From an uncultured Nitrososphaerales archaeon (GTDB lineage: Archaea > Thermoproteota > Nitrososphaeria > Nitrososphaerales > Nitrososphaeraceae), in assembly GCA_963713605.1 (NCBI GenBank), contig CAVQMO010000001.1, forward strand, positions 32,001 to 96,000: a stretch of DNA of 64,000 bases. Direction: 5' to 3'. Below the pieces are notes generated by a model. That model did not search any database and was not told the origin of the DNA. It saw only the letters and a list, made by a program, of their open reading frames with translations. The position numbers were made by a program, and so were the translations under genes. Position 1 is the first letter of the stretch. Each line of letters begins with the position of its first letter. Below, piece by piece: positions 46,982 to 58,277 of this stretch.

Positions 46982-47814
46982 TACTTTGTATGCCTTGTTA
47001 AATACAGTAATAACGGTTTCGATCTTTCTTGACATATAGGTTGATACACAGGACAATTTGATTCTAAGAATGGTATTACCCCATGCGGGAAATTGAGTTC
47101 AATACTATTTTAATCTAGAACAGGTTATCTCGCTGATTTTAAATACAGTCCATTCAAATCGGAAGTGAGAGATTCTCCCTGGTTTTACTCGAGTGGTAAT
47201 AATTCTAAACTAATGTTCAGCCAAATCTGGATAATTTCATCAAAACTATAGATTCAGTAGTTCATCGTTAACGGATTTTTTGGCTGCAAGTTCGTAAGTG
47301 GTCTGCAAGTTAGTAATGGTGTACAGTGAGAAACAATAGACTAACCCCCTATTGATAACGAGTAAATATGGGTCAGCTTTTGTGGTTCAATATATGTATA
47401 TTTCAAATATTTAGCATCCAAATTAGCTACCTTCCAAAATCCCCGTAGAATATCTGCTGTGGTTAGGTCACTAGTATACAAGTTTGGTTGCAACCCCCAA
47501 CAAACGGGATCAGAGAACAGAAATTGTAGATCCTATTTATGCAGTATCAATTAGACAAAAACAGAGTCAGATATAATTCTGGTACAGAGTCAGAATTCAT
47601 AAACCTCATGTAATAAACTTGCTATTAGGGCTTTGTATTCTTAAATACTCTTGGTACCGTTCATGTATTCAGGATTCTCAAATAACCTAGAAAAACTATT
47701 TAATTGCATTCTGTTCCTTAGTGACTACCCTGAAGGACGAAGCTGAACTGGACCTTACCTGTTAAACCAATTATAGCAAGGTTCAAATCCATTTATTGTT
47801 TAACTGATGTGGTT

Positions 47815-48307
47815 ATGGCTAGGAAGATGGTAGTTTTGTTACCTGCCATTTTAGCCGCCTTTATTATTGGAGTATTAGGTCTCCTATTGGTCCCTTCCGA
47901 GGTTAAGAACAGAGATCTCAGTTTTCCTACGGGCACAATAAAAATTGACAATGATACTATCAAAGTAGAGGTAGCGAAATCACCTGAAGAGAGACAAAGA
48001 TGGTTGATGTTTAGAGCGGATCCGATTCCTCTGGACTCGGGAATGCTATTAGTTTATGGAAAGCCAGATCTTTACGCACTATGGCTTATAAACATTCAAT
48101 ATAATCTTGATTTGATCTGGTTTGATGAGAATGGGCATGTGGTATATACAAAAGAAAATGCACAAATCTGCAACAACCCATTTGATGCTTCAAAATGTAC
48201 TTACAAGAATACCTCGCTCGCTAAGTATGTGATAGCTCGCCTCATCAGGATTCGTAGCAAATCATAATATTTCATCGAGCTCAACAATGGAGATAGTTTC
48301 AATTTGA
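47815..48307 (+). CDS. DUF192-family membrane-anchored protein, +1 frameshift near 48238
   Basis: TM helix; VEVAKSPEER...LMFR...GML....LWL.N....LDLIW.D..G.V; corrected end AKYVIAASSGFV...VSI*. Confidence 0.85.
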
Positions 48308-48892
48308 TACAACACTATTTTGATTGCTTTACATTATTATCAATTTGTGACTTAATCTAACTCATCTATAGATCTTTATTTTGTCAGATTTTAATAGATA
48401 GGTCATTATGATCTTGTAGAAGAGATCACTTAGATAGACACTCGAATAACATAGTACCCTTTACTGCGTCACTATAAACATTGAATGCATTCCTTACTCC
48501 TTTCTAGGTAATTGTGGCTCGTAATTCAGCCAGTTGATTTGGTAGATTGTTTATTTGGGGATACCATTCTAAAGGGAGTATCCGCATACTTCAGTAATGG
48601 GAACCGAATTGCAAGACATTCCAAAAACAAAATATGGTACTGCACAGTAACCATACTCGGCTTAAGTGTGTTCTTTAATGAATTCGCAAAAAAAGTGTTG
48701 GATTCCCCTAATAATTCCTATGTTGTACAAGCATCAATCCATCAGGACATTAAACGAATCGCGTCGGGTCACCCTCGCATACCAAAGCTCTGGCATTAAC
48801 GAACTTGTGATGACGACGGGTCGAGATAAGTGAAAACTAAGGGACAAAAACAGTTTATATGTGAAAGCGCTAATAATTTGTGGATATTTTAT

Positions 48893-49715
48893 ATGAAAAG
48901 TCTTCAAGATAAAGACATTAGGTATCTAGATAAGAAGAGAGTAATTTATAGAAGTAGGACTGAATCGACTCTCGCAAAATTGCTATCATTTTTGGATCAT
49001 GAATTTGATTATGACGTAGTTTTCCCAGGAATGTCTAATGGTAAACCATTAACGGTAGATTTCAAAATTGGAAAGAAGTATATTGAGGTAGTTGATTCCG
49101 AGACTGATCTCCAGAAATTCAAGGCTATAAAACAGAAAAATCCCGACGCTAACATCATTGCTATAGGCTCATCAAGATATCTTGCAAAGGTAGACGAACT
49201 AGAATCAGTCTTCGTGTACGATTCACATGAGAATGAAACTAGCTCTATTTTTATCGAAGATCCATCACTAGCATTTGATTATGCACATATTCTTCCCTTA
49301 GTCGAAAGGTGCTCTATACTGCATGGACATACATCAAACGTCATGGTAGAGATAATAGGGACGACCAAGAATAACCTTGTGATAGATTTTGGAGATGCTA
49401 AACGGATCATCAAACAAACCTTGAATTTGATGGATCACAAGTTCTTCATTAGCAAAAAATATGTTGTAAAAGAGGACGAGAAGCACTATTTTGTTTCCTT
49501 CAAAGGTCTACATGGGGATTTCAACCTACAAGTACCTAAGGCTACGACATTTATGTTGTCAGGTGAGGCAACAGTCGAAAATCTTTCAACCGAAATAATA
49601 AGGCTCGCTTGCTCCAAAGATGCCACCCAATGTCGATGCGTTGGGAGTTTATATTTACGAAGGAACCAACAAAGGTGCCCACATTATATGCGGAATAGAT
49701 AGAAGATCTTACTAG
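48893..49715 (+). CDS. queD: QueD/6-pyruvoyl-tetrahydropterin synthase domain fused to an N-terminal PD-(D/E)XK-like domain, +1 frameshift near 49606
   Basis: FDYAH.LP, CSILHGH (Cx3HGH), VIDFG, MDHK, TVENL; the corrected end gives YIYEG.NKGA. Confidence 0.8.
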
Positions 49716-49978
49716 GGCATCAAGACTCAGAAGCAGATGACGGTCATAATTTCTGACATTCTGATCACTTAGATGGTTTGAATAACGCGTGTTTGGAGAA
49801 CGTCCTCCTAGGGTCGAATCCCTGTACTGCATAATGTATCGCTTCCAGAATTTAGTTCCGTGTAAATGCCATGATCTCTGCTGAATACACTGTGTTTGGA
49901 GCAGCGAATCTCACATTGTCATTATCGAGTGGAGAACAAATGCATTTATAACTATCCTTCTGGGTTTTTACCTCTAGT

Positions 49979-52096
49979 ATGGCAGATGAGGGAACCCAAC
50001 GGGTATTTCTGTCGCCTTCTTCCATAGCAGTAATTGGTGCGTCAGAAAGACCCGGTGTAGGAAGGGCAATATTTTCTAATATACAGAAAGGATATAAGGG
50101 AAAGATCTACCCTGTTACTCCTTCCAATCCTACCGTTTTCGATTTGAAAGCCTACAAGAGTGTACTGGACATTCCCGACGATATCGATCTTGCGGTCATC
50201 GCGACTCCTAACAAAACTGTGCCTTCGGTTATTGAGGAAGTCGGAAAGAAAAGAATAAAGGGAGCAATAATAGTAACCGCGGGGTTTAAGGAGGTTGACA
50301 GCGATGGTGCAAACCTTGAGAAAGAAGTTGGGGAGATAGGTGCGAAATACGGAACAAGAATCATCGGTCCAAATTGTTTGGGGATAATGAGTCTTTCACC
50401 AGAAAACATGATGAATGCCACTTTTCTCAAAATAACGCCTAAGCATGGAGGGATTGCCTTGGTATCGCAAAGCGGTGCAATTTGTGCTGCCACGGTAGAA
50501 GATGCTATTGCACAAGGAATAGGATTTTCAAAAGTTGTTAGTATGGGAAACAAAGTTGATATGGACGAAAATGATGTCTTGGAACTGTTAGCCGATGACG
50601 TAGAAACACGGGTAATAGTGATGTATCTGGAAGATATTCACGATGCAAGGAGATTCATGAAGATAGCCAAGAAGACAACAAAGGAATACAAGAAGCCTAT
50701 CATTGTCCTTAAGTCAGGAAGAACGCCTGAAGGAGCAAAAGCGGCAATGTCACACACAGGGGCTCTAATGGGATCAGATGAAGCTTACGATGCGCTTTTT
50801 GATCAGTCAGGAGTTATTCGTGTAGATACGATGCAAAGCCTATTCGAATTGGCCACGGCATTTTCAAAACAATTAGTTCCAGCTAAGGATTCAGGAATTG
50901 CTATCGTGTCAAACGCAGGAGGACCAGCCATAATCTCCACCGATATATGTGCTAAATTTCGGTTGAAAATGGCAGACTTATCTGATTCCAGAGATGTAAT
51001 TTCAAAGGTTATTCCCCACCATGGATCGGCTAGAAATCCGGTTGACATAGTTGGAGACGCGGATTACAAGAGATTCGAGAAGGTATTGGTTGAATTGCTG
51101 TCTAATAGTAACGTTGGAGCAATAGTAACAATGTGTACCCCATCTGCGACTTTAGACTATACGGAACTTGCAAGGACTATTGTGAATACTTCGAAAGGAA
51201 CAAAGAGAACAATGCTTGCAGCCCTAATGGGTTTAGCGGAGGGTGAGGAAAACAAGAAAGTACTATCTGAAGGAGATATCCCGCATTTCATGTACGCTGA
51301 ACCAGCTATACAAACACTTGCCGCAATGTATAAGTTCAGAGAGTGGCTCTCAAGAGAAGAAGAACCACCAAAGAACTTTCAAGTAGATGTTGACAAAGTA
51401 ACAAAAATTTTCGATCACGTTCGGAGCGAAGGACGTCCCAACCTATTGGAAGAAGAGGGGTACGAGGTTCTTCAGGCCTATGGTTTTCAGATACCAAAGA
51501 GCTTCTTGGCAAAAAGCGAAGATGAATGCGCTGAGGCAGCGCGAAGCATCGGATATCCTTTGGTTATGAAGATAGTCTCTCCCCAGATCATTCATAAATC
51601 GGATGCAGGAGGAGTCAAAATTGGCCTTTCCACTGAGCAGGAAGTTAGGAAAGGTTACAATGATATCATCGGAAACATACGAAAATACGATAAGGACGCC
51701 TTAATCAAAGGGATTTTAGTTCAGGAAATGGTAAGATCCGGTAAAGAAACTATTATCGGTGCCAAACGTGATCCCTTGTTCGGTCCGTTATTGATGTTTG
51801 GTCTAGGAGGCATTTATGTGGAAGTTCTTAAAGACGTAACGTTTCGAATAGCCCCTGTGACTGAAAAAGACATTGCTGAGATGATCGAGTCTATAAAGTC
51901 AATTAAATTATTGAAGGGAGCGAGAGGCGAGAAACCCTCCGACTTGAAAGCTTTAGCAGAAAATCTTCAAAGATTATCACAGCTGGTAACTGATTTTCCA
52001 GAAATAGAAGAGTTTGATATGAATCCACTTCTAGTGTTCGAAGAAGGAGGTGGAACAAGGGCAGTAGACGTAAGAATTGGATTAACTAAATCATAG
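49979..52096 (+). CDS. ADP-forming acyl-CoA ligase, most likely 4-hydroxybutyrate--CoA ligase of the thaumarchaeal HP/HB cycle
   Basis: CoA-binding N domain, GPNCLG, SQSGAICAA.VEDA.AQGIGFS, AAMSHTGALMGSDE, MCTPS.TL and ATP-grasp HKSDAGGV; by recall closely resembles N. maritimus Nmar_0206. Confidence 0.85.
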   Translation: MADEGTQRVFLSPSSIAVIGASERPGVGRAIFSNIQKGYKGKIYPVTPSNPTVFDLKAYKSVLDIPDDIDLAVIATPNKTVPSVIEEVGKKRIKGAIIVTAGFKEVDSDGANLEKEVGEIGAKYGTRIIGPNCLGIMSLSPENMMNATFLKITPKHGGIALVSQSGAICAATVEDAIAQGIGFSKVVSMGNKVDMDENDVLELLADDVETRVIVMYLEDIHDARRFMKIAKKTTKEYKKPIIVLKSGRTPEGAKAAMSHTGALMGSDEAYDALFDQSGVIRVDTMQSLFELATAFSKQLVPAKDSGIAIVSNAGGPAIISTDICAKFRLKMADLSDSRDVISKVIPHHGSARNPVDIVGDADYKRFEKVLVELLSNSNVGAIVTMCTPSATLDYTELARTIVNTSKGTKRTMLAALMGLAEGEENKKVLSEGDIPHFMYAEPAIQTLAAMYKFREWLSREEEPPKNFQVDVDKVTKIFDHVRSEGRPNLLEEEGYEVLQAYGFQIPKSFLAKSEDECAEAARSIGYPLVMKIVSPQIIHKSDAGGVKIGLSTEQEVRKGYNDIIGNIRKYDKDALIKGILVQEMVRSGKETIIGAKRDPLFGPLLMFGLGGIYVEVLKDVTFRIAPVTEKDIAEMIESIKSIKLLKGARGEKPSDLKALAENLQRLSQLVTDFPEIEEFDMNPLLVFEEGGGTRAVDVRIGLTKS

Positions 52097-52357
52097 TTCG
52101 ATCGGATATCGATAAAGTCAATACCAGCCTAGTTTTATCTTTATTCTAAGATAAAGGTAGAGCAACGATCTGACAATTAGATATGCTCTATTCCCAGTTA
52201 GCCTTCTGATCCTCATTATTCGATATCTGATGAATGACATCCCGGTGCTTTTGATCCCTATTATATCTAATTTTCAATATAATCATATCGCTGAAGCTGG
52301 CCTGGTTGTAATGCATGTCAACCACATACAAATTGAGGGCAGATCCGCATGACGAAA

Positions 52358-52410
52358 TTGACGACGAGATTGACGACAAACTTGACGAGGGTTCACGACG
52401 GTTTCGACGA
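52358..52410 (+). repeat. Phased heptamer direct repeats T(T/C)(G/C)ACGA x5
   Basis: TTGACGA at 52358, 52370 and 52382; TTCACGA at 52392; TCGACGA at 52404. Confidence 0.8.
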
Positions 52411-52453
52411 ATACTCATATATAAGAAATAGTACTAGAAATGTACTAGAAGAA

Positions 52454-54158
52454 TTGAAAGTGGGATTACCTCATTATACAAAAATGGAGATAATATCTAG
52501 ATGGACAGAGAGACAGGATTGCTGCTGATTTGGAACTAGGAGCGGGGACAGTTTCAGCCGTAGTCTCGGATTGGAAGATAGAGATAGGCATCCCTAATGC
52601 TGATGCACTAAGGCAGTTTTAGACTGAGCTACGACGGCTGGGAGCTACCCCATCGCAATGCGTTTCAGATTGTAGAATTCTCAGTGTGCTAATAAAGATA
52701 CGGATAGATGAGGAAAGTCTAGAATCGTTTGCTTCTCAGATATATCAAAGATGCCTGAGTAAAAACATCACACCTGAGGTGCTTGTTGAATGCTCACTAG
52801 AGATACTTTCTACAGCTGAAAAGATTCCAATTTCGCGGATTCCACAATTCGTTCAGAGGATGATCGTGGAAAAGCAAGACTTAGAACAGGAGCTTAGAAT
52901 ATTGAGAAGGGAGCAGGCAAACGCCAAGAAAGAACGAGAAGAAGCGCTGAAGAACAGCCAGATTACCACTCGTAACATCAACGAGTTTATCGGATTGAAG
53001 GATATGTTATCTAAATCTGGGTTAACATTTGACAATCTCTCCGAAATAAACAAGTTGGCAAGGGTACTTTATAACGTTAAAGATTGTTCTTACGATCCCA
53101 GGACGGTCACGATCAAATTATCTACTATTAATAACCTTCAGGAAAGAAAACTAAAGCTACAGGAAAAAGTAGCAATTGAAGAACAAAAATTAAACAGGAT
53201 TATTAAAGAGCGAGTGGAGAGCGAGAAAATACTATCCCGCTGCCGGATACGTCTTGAATTGTATGATCAGCTTGAGAGTATGGAATGCGGTCTGAAGGAG
53301 CTAACTCTGCTAAAGAATATTATTCTCGAAATTTCAAACAATAATAGTATAAATCCACATTTCGCATTTAAGAAATTTTGTAGTGATCTCAAAGATCAAT
53401 ATGATGCTAAGCTTGGCCTCCAGAAGAAGATTGATGAGATGAACACATCATTGATTCATGCCAGACAGGAGCTTCACCCAATTTCGTTAGAGTACTCGAA
53501 ACTTAGGGATCTCAATAATAAACTCGAAGAATTGAATTACGGTGTTTCACAAGGTGATATTGTATGTTGGAACAATATTGTCAAGGGATATACAAAAGAT
53601 TTGTCCAGTATGAATGAGGATTTGATTCAATACGGAGGCCTAGTGAATGCGAAGACACATCTTGATTCAAAAGTGAAGTCTTTAAGTTTGGAAAGTGTAG
53701 AGCTATCAGCTAAAGTTCAAGTGTTGAGAGAGGAAGGTAAAAAATTTCATTAAGCATTGGATTTGATATGTCTCACGGAAGAAAAATAGTTCAGACTTTT
53801 TTTGAAGGATTTGGAGGCAAAAATTAGTGAATCGAATAAGACCACAGATAAGTCTCTCCAAATAATGAAGCATCAATCGTTTTCCATTGCTGAACAGGTG
53901 GCAAAAAGCCTGCAAACTATCGACACCAATACAAAACAACAGATGGATCTCTTTCAGAAGATTGGAGCGGCTGCAGAATTCTCACCACTCATAAAAGCCG
54001 CAAGAGGACAGTATGTTGATTTAGATGAATTGAAAGGATCTGTAATTAGGGCTATGGGCATTATGCATTCCAGATTGAATAATACGCTAAATGGCGGAAC
54101 AATGGACACACTCCATAAAGCGATTGAGAACCTAGAATCAGATTTACTCGTCGCGTGA
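52454..54158 (+). pseudogene. HTH + long coiled-coil protein, degraded
   Basis: RDRIAADLELGAGTVSAVVSDW (HTH) lies upstream of the ORF; frameshift near 52510, in-frame TAG 52620-52622, further stops near 53751. Confidence 0.7.
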
Positions 54159-54891
54159 AGGCTCAACCACCGATATGCCCGTGACATGGTCGGATAGCGA
54201 CAAAAGTATTGAGCAACAATTGGGGGACCGATAAGAAATCATGACAATGATATAGCTTTAGCGACATTTACTCAAATGGTATTGCTAAATAGTTATTTTC
54301 TTTTCAAACTACATTCTGGAAATCTAAATAAAGGTTTTAGCAATGTATATCATAAACAAAATATAAGGAGAATCAAAGGAACTTATTTTTTTAATAATAG
54401 CACACGTGAAAATTAAAGTTTCCTAATGGCCCCAGAGGCAACCGCTCTTCATTCAAAGGATCAGCTAGTTGATACATCATATGGTATTAATGACTACCAG
54501 GATAATTTAGAGTGTTCAACAGGCTGAGACAATGAAAAATACTTCCAAATGTACTGATTCAATCGTTCATCATTTGATCACACTATGCATTTTTAATCAC
54601 AATTATGATAGTAAGCATGCCATCCTCCGTAACAGAAATATTTGGTTTGAGGCAAACCCTTTCAAATAAAATTGATAACTAAAATGAACGTGTTAATGCC
54701 ATACTAATGTCGAAGAACTACCCAAGTATTTGTTTCTGAAACAACCTATGTAATACGTTACCACTATAGCCTATTTAAGGGGAGAATTTTATAGTTCATA
54801 GTTAGCGGCATGAACATGACCCATCAAGGACTTATGAAATCTTGAATCTATCTTGAAATAGTATATATGGGCTACTAGTTGCCTGACCATT

Positions 54892-55833
54892 ATGAGCAGT
54901 GCATGGAGAGTTCTTATCTGTGACTCAATTGATAGGATAGGGGTCGAGATATTAACCAAGGCTGGAATGATTGTTGATTACCAGCCAGAAATAACATTCG
55001 AAAAACTCGTTTCCTTGGTTAACGGATATGACGTTTTAGTTGTTAGGAGCAGGACCAATGTTTCCAAAGACGTAATTGAAAATGGAAATTCTCTTAAGGT
55101 CATAGCACGGGTAGGTGTCGGATTGGACAACGTTGATACCAACTATGCGAAAAGTAAGAACATTGAAGTCATAAATGCTCAAGAAGCAGCAACAAAGGCG
55201 GTATCAGAATTGGTGATTGGGTTCATGATATCATTGGCTCGCCTCATTCCATATGCCCATTCTGAAACGTCAAAAGGAAATTGGATAAAAAAGTCTCTGA
55301 TGGGAACAGAACTGAGTGGAAAGTATCTGGGCATCGTCGGAGTAGGGAATATAGGCAGAAATGTAGGGCGCGTTGCTAGAGCATTGCGAATGAACATCAT
55401 AGGCTACGACATTTACCCTATTAGCAGAGAATACATCAACGAAGTTGGCATGATTAACGCTGATCTAAATACACTGGTTGAAAGTTCTGATTTCATAACC
55501 ATCCATGTTCCGCTGTCGTCCGACACATACCATCTTTTTGATAATGAGCTTCTTTCTAGAATGAAAGAGTCAAGCTACATTATAAATACTTCAAGAGGAG
55601 GGATCGTGGATGAAAGTGCCCTATATGACCTTTTGAAAGATCAAAAAATTGCGGGAGCTGGACTGGACGTCTTTGAGGTCGAGCCACCTACTAGTAAAAA
55701 ATTCTTAGAATTGCCCAACGTATTATGCACTCCTCATATTGGTGCACAAACCAAAGAAGCACAAGAATTGGCAGCCAGAGTGATTGCTGAAAAACTCATA
55801 CACAAATTTCAAGAGGCGTCCGTTGGACAATAA
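54892..55833 (+). CDS. serA: D-3-phosphoglycerate dehydrogenase / D-2-hydroxyacid dehydrogenase (short type)
   Basis: VVRSRT, RVGVGLDNVD, GIVGVGNIG, INTSRGGIVDE, LDVFEVEPP and TPHIGAQT.EAQ. Confidence 0.85.
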   Translation: MSSAWRVLICDSIDRIGVEILTKAGMIVDYQPEITFEKLVSLVNGYDVLVVRSRTNVSKDVIENGNSLKVIARVGVGLDNVDTNYAKSKNIEVINAQEAATKAVSELVIGFMISLARLIPYAHSETSKGNWIKKSLMGTELSGKYLGIVGVGNIGRNVGRVARALRMNIIGYDIYPISREYINEVGMINADLNTLVESSDFITIHVPLSSDTYHLFDNELLSRMKESSYIINTSRGGIVDESALYDLLKDQKIAGAGLDVFEVEPPTSKKFLELPNVLCTPHIGAQTKEAQELAARVIAEKLIHKFQEASVGQ

Positions 55834-55896
55834 TAAAATGAAATGGGACTAGAATTGTGTTGCAGAGTTTGGTTGTTGCATCAAAAGGTAATGAAA

Positions 55897-56301
55897 CTAC
55901 GTCCTAAATTTTCGTATAATAGACATTGCATTATCCGCCAATTTTATTGTGAATGCTCCTGCGTCGTCCGTAGTAATATGAGATAAATCCTCTAGAAATT
56001 TGGCCTTGTCTTTACCTCTTTCATATACTCCTGCTGATTCCTTAATGCAAAGGGGGAATTTTTGCATCTTAAACCCATTTGATTTAAGATAACTGACAAA
56101 GCTTCTATACGCATTAATGTCATACCAATCGATTCCTCTCTCGTCACAAAACATAATCCATACATCAATAGTGTTTTGAAAAAGTGCTTTTGAACGAAGA
56201 AGATCCAGCGCCAATGATAGATTACGAATAAAAGTAAAGACCTTTCGGCTTATTGAATTTATTGGTATGTTATCCTCGACTTTATGCCTTGAATAGTTCA
56301 T
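55897..56301 (-). CDS. Hypothetical protein (true start may be internal)
   Basis: ORF with ordered alpha/beta composition from LDLLRSKALFQNTIDVW onward. Confidence 0.65.
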   Translation of the reverse strand: MNYSRHKVEDNIPINSISRKVFTFIRNLSLALDLLRSKALFQNTIDVWIMFCDERGIDWYDINAYRSFVSYLKSNGFKMQKFPLCIKESAGVYERGKDKAKFLEDLSHITTDDAGAFTIKLADNAMSIIRKFRT

Positions 56302-56612
56302 CGATTTAGCGAATACTGCGGTTTATACCGCTGAAATAGCGAATTAGTGGACCTAGGTCATAAAAAATGACGATTTTCGTAAATTCTTATGAAGTAAGGT
56401 AATGATGTGATGGTGCGTACTGTTATTGATGATACAGCACGATATACTTGGTATAGTTAATGCGTAAGGGTGGCGCCAGCATAGATCATGTTATACCATT
56501 ATCAGCCAGTTATGCTACAGAACACAAGGTCTAGACCTCCTCAATCCTGCGGATTTGAATTTGAATTTGATCCACGTAGAATAACCGTTGTATAGAATGC
56601 AAGTATTATACA

Positions 56613-57182
56613 TTAAATGTAGGTATGCGTCATTGACGCACCTTGAATCGTTCCTCTATTCCTCCAAATACCATTGGGATGAATTATCAAAATCCTTCGT
56701 GGAGTCCATATCGTCCTTGATTGTACTTTGATTGTTTGCGCTTCTTCTTTTTGTTGTCTTGGATACTTTTCACTGTTTGTCAGTGGGGGGTTTATTGCTT
56801 TTGTAACCATATTCTTTATATTATAATCATCTATCAATGTATCAACTAATTTAGAGAACTCTTCCCCTGGTAGTTTCACACCTGCAGGACTTGACATCTG
56901 GATAGATTCTATTGCCTTGAGCTTCCACTGGGTAGCGAAATCTTTGTTATTGTTAACAATACCAGTAGATGCTATAGAAGATGGAGCAGCAGTTGTAGGC
57001 GTGGGAGAAGGTGAAGGTGAAGACCTATCTGAGACAGGAATATTGGCATGGTAACCACTTGAATCACCTCTGCTAATTTTTTCTTGTAATTGCGCAAACG
57101 CATCGGCTATAATCGTCATTTCTTTATTATGGATATCAGAGATGATTGCAGGATATACACTAGATGATACGATTAGAAACAT
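56613..57182 (-). CDS. Hypothetical secreted protein, possibly fragmentary
   Basis: Signal-like start ending in AFAQ; Ser/Pro/Thr linker; C-terminus looks out of frame. Confidence 0.45.
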   Translation of the reverse strand: MFLIVSSSVYPAIISDIHNKEMTIIADAFAQLQEKISRGDSSGYHANIPVSDRSSPSPSPTPTTAAPSSIASTGIVNNNKDFATQWKLKAIESIQMSSPAGVKLPGEEFSKLVDTLIDDYNIKNMVTKAINPPLTNSEKYPRQQKEEAQTIKVQSRTIWTPRRILIIHPNGIWRNRGTIQGASMTHTYI

Positions 57183-57990
57183 TGGTCGTACACCTTAACT
57201 TCCCAATCCTAAATAGATGGAACAACTTTGTTTTCCATAACACAGAAAAGAAACCGATATTATCTACATTCGGTTACTTTGGAATACCCATTTTATGTTG
57301 GAATTCCTACATAAGATTCGATGTGTTTTTTCTAACTTAGAGTTAGTCTTAATCTGACATGCTTTATTGCAACTATACGTTCCTGCTACGTGTAATCGGT
57401 CAAGCGTAAGTTAGTGGTAAACTAAAACTGAACGTAGCACCACCCCCATTTGTGTCATCCATTTCAGTGTTATTTTATAATGATTACTAATGATCAAAAA
57501 TCTCACAGATTAATTAGTTCTGCAGTTAATTCTTATATCAATTTTGGAAGGTCGGTAGCCCTGCTGTTGCTGGGACTTAGGGGGGGTTAGATTCCAGGTA
57601 AAGCGGCTTATTACCAGTATCGGAGATACACTACCTAAAAATTGATTCAGTTCATAGAACCATGTTGTAATAGGCTTTACCGGTAGATAAACGATTCATT
57701 AAATAGCTTGTAAACTGTCTCAACTCTTTTCTCTTGATTTGGCACTCTCTGCCCAATTTCGTATAAAGTTAAATCTTGATAAATATTCTTCCTTCTAATG
57801 TTATTATGTGAGCTATTTCATAACCAATTGCTCAGATTAAGTAACCCGGCAATCTTTCTATATGCGCTAAAGTTGGATATATCGCAAACCTCTCAAAATC
57901 ACTTTTACCTGGATAGACAATGCTATAATATAACACTCTAGTTAGTGCCAATGCAGACTTTATACTTTGAGGGGAGATCTAATTCTCTAA

Positions 57991-58277
57991 CTAGTTACTC
58001 CATTACATGATCTTAGCGCCGCAGTAATTTCGTTTGCAGATTGGTATTCACCTATTATTACCTGTGATAACACGTCGTTCTTACATACGTACATATGCTT
58101 CTGAAAAGTGACCTGAGGTGTATCCCGTATATGCGAACCCGACTCCTATCAGTATTGACAATCCTGCGACGACGACGATCGTATGCATCAATGTCGTATG
58201 GTTGGTTGTTAAGGGTGTATCTGTAGGTATTTCTTCCTTCTTACTTCTGGTTTTTTTACATACATCAGTCTACTCAT
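57991..58277 (-). pseudogene. Frameshifted small membrane protein
   Basis: …TIVVVAGLSILIGVGFAYTGYTSG… TM segment, continued in another frame (KNDVLSQVIIGEYQSANEITAALRSC). Confidence 0.4.

Noticed and set aside
47770..47800. GGTTCAAATCC resembling a tRNA T-loop
   Set aside because: Only 2 bp of T-stem; no acceptor, D or anticodon arms.
52620..52622. In-frame TAG as pyrrolysine or stop-codon readthrough
   Set aside because: The same gene has other frameshifts and stops, and TAG terminates normal genes in this window.
57551..57610. G-rich stretch GGGGGGGTTAGATTCC resembling a tRNA T-arm or att site
   Set aside because: No cloverleaf can be built and no integrase is nearby.
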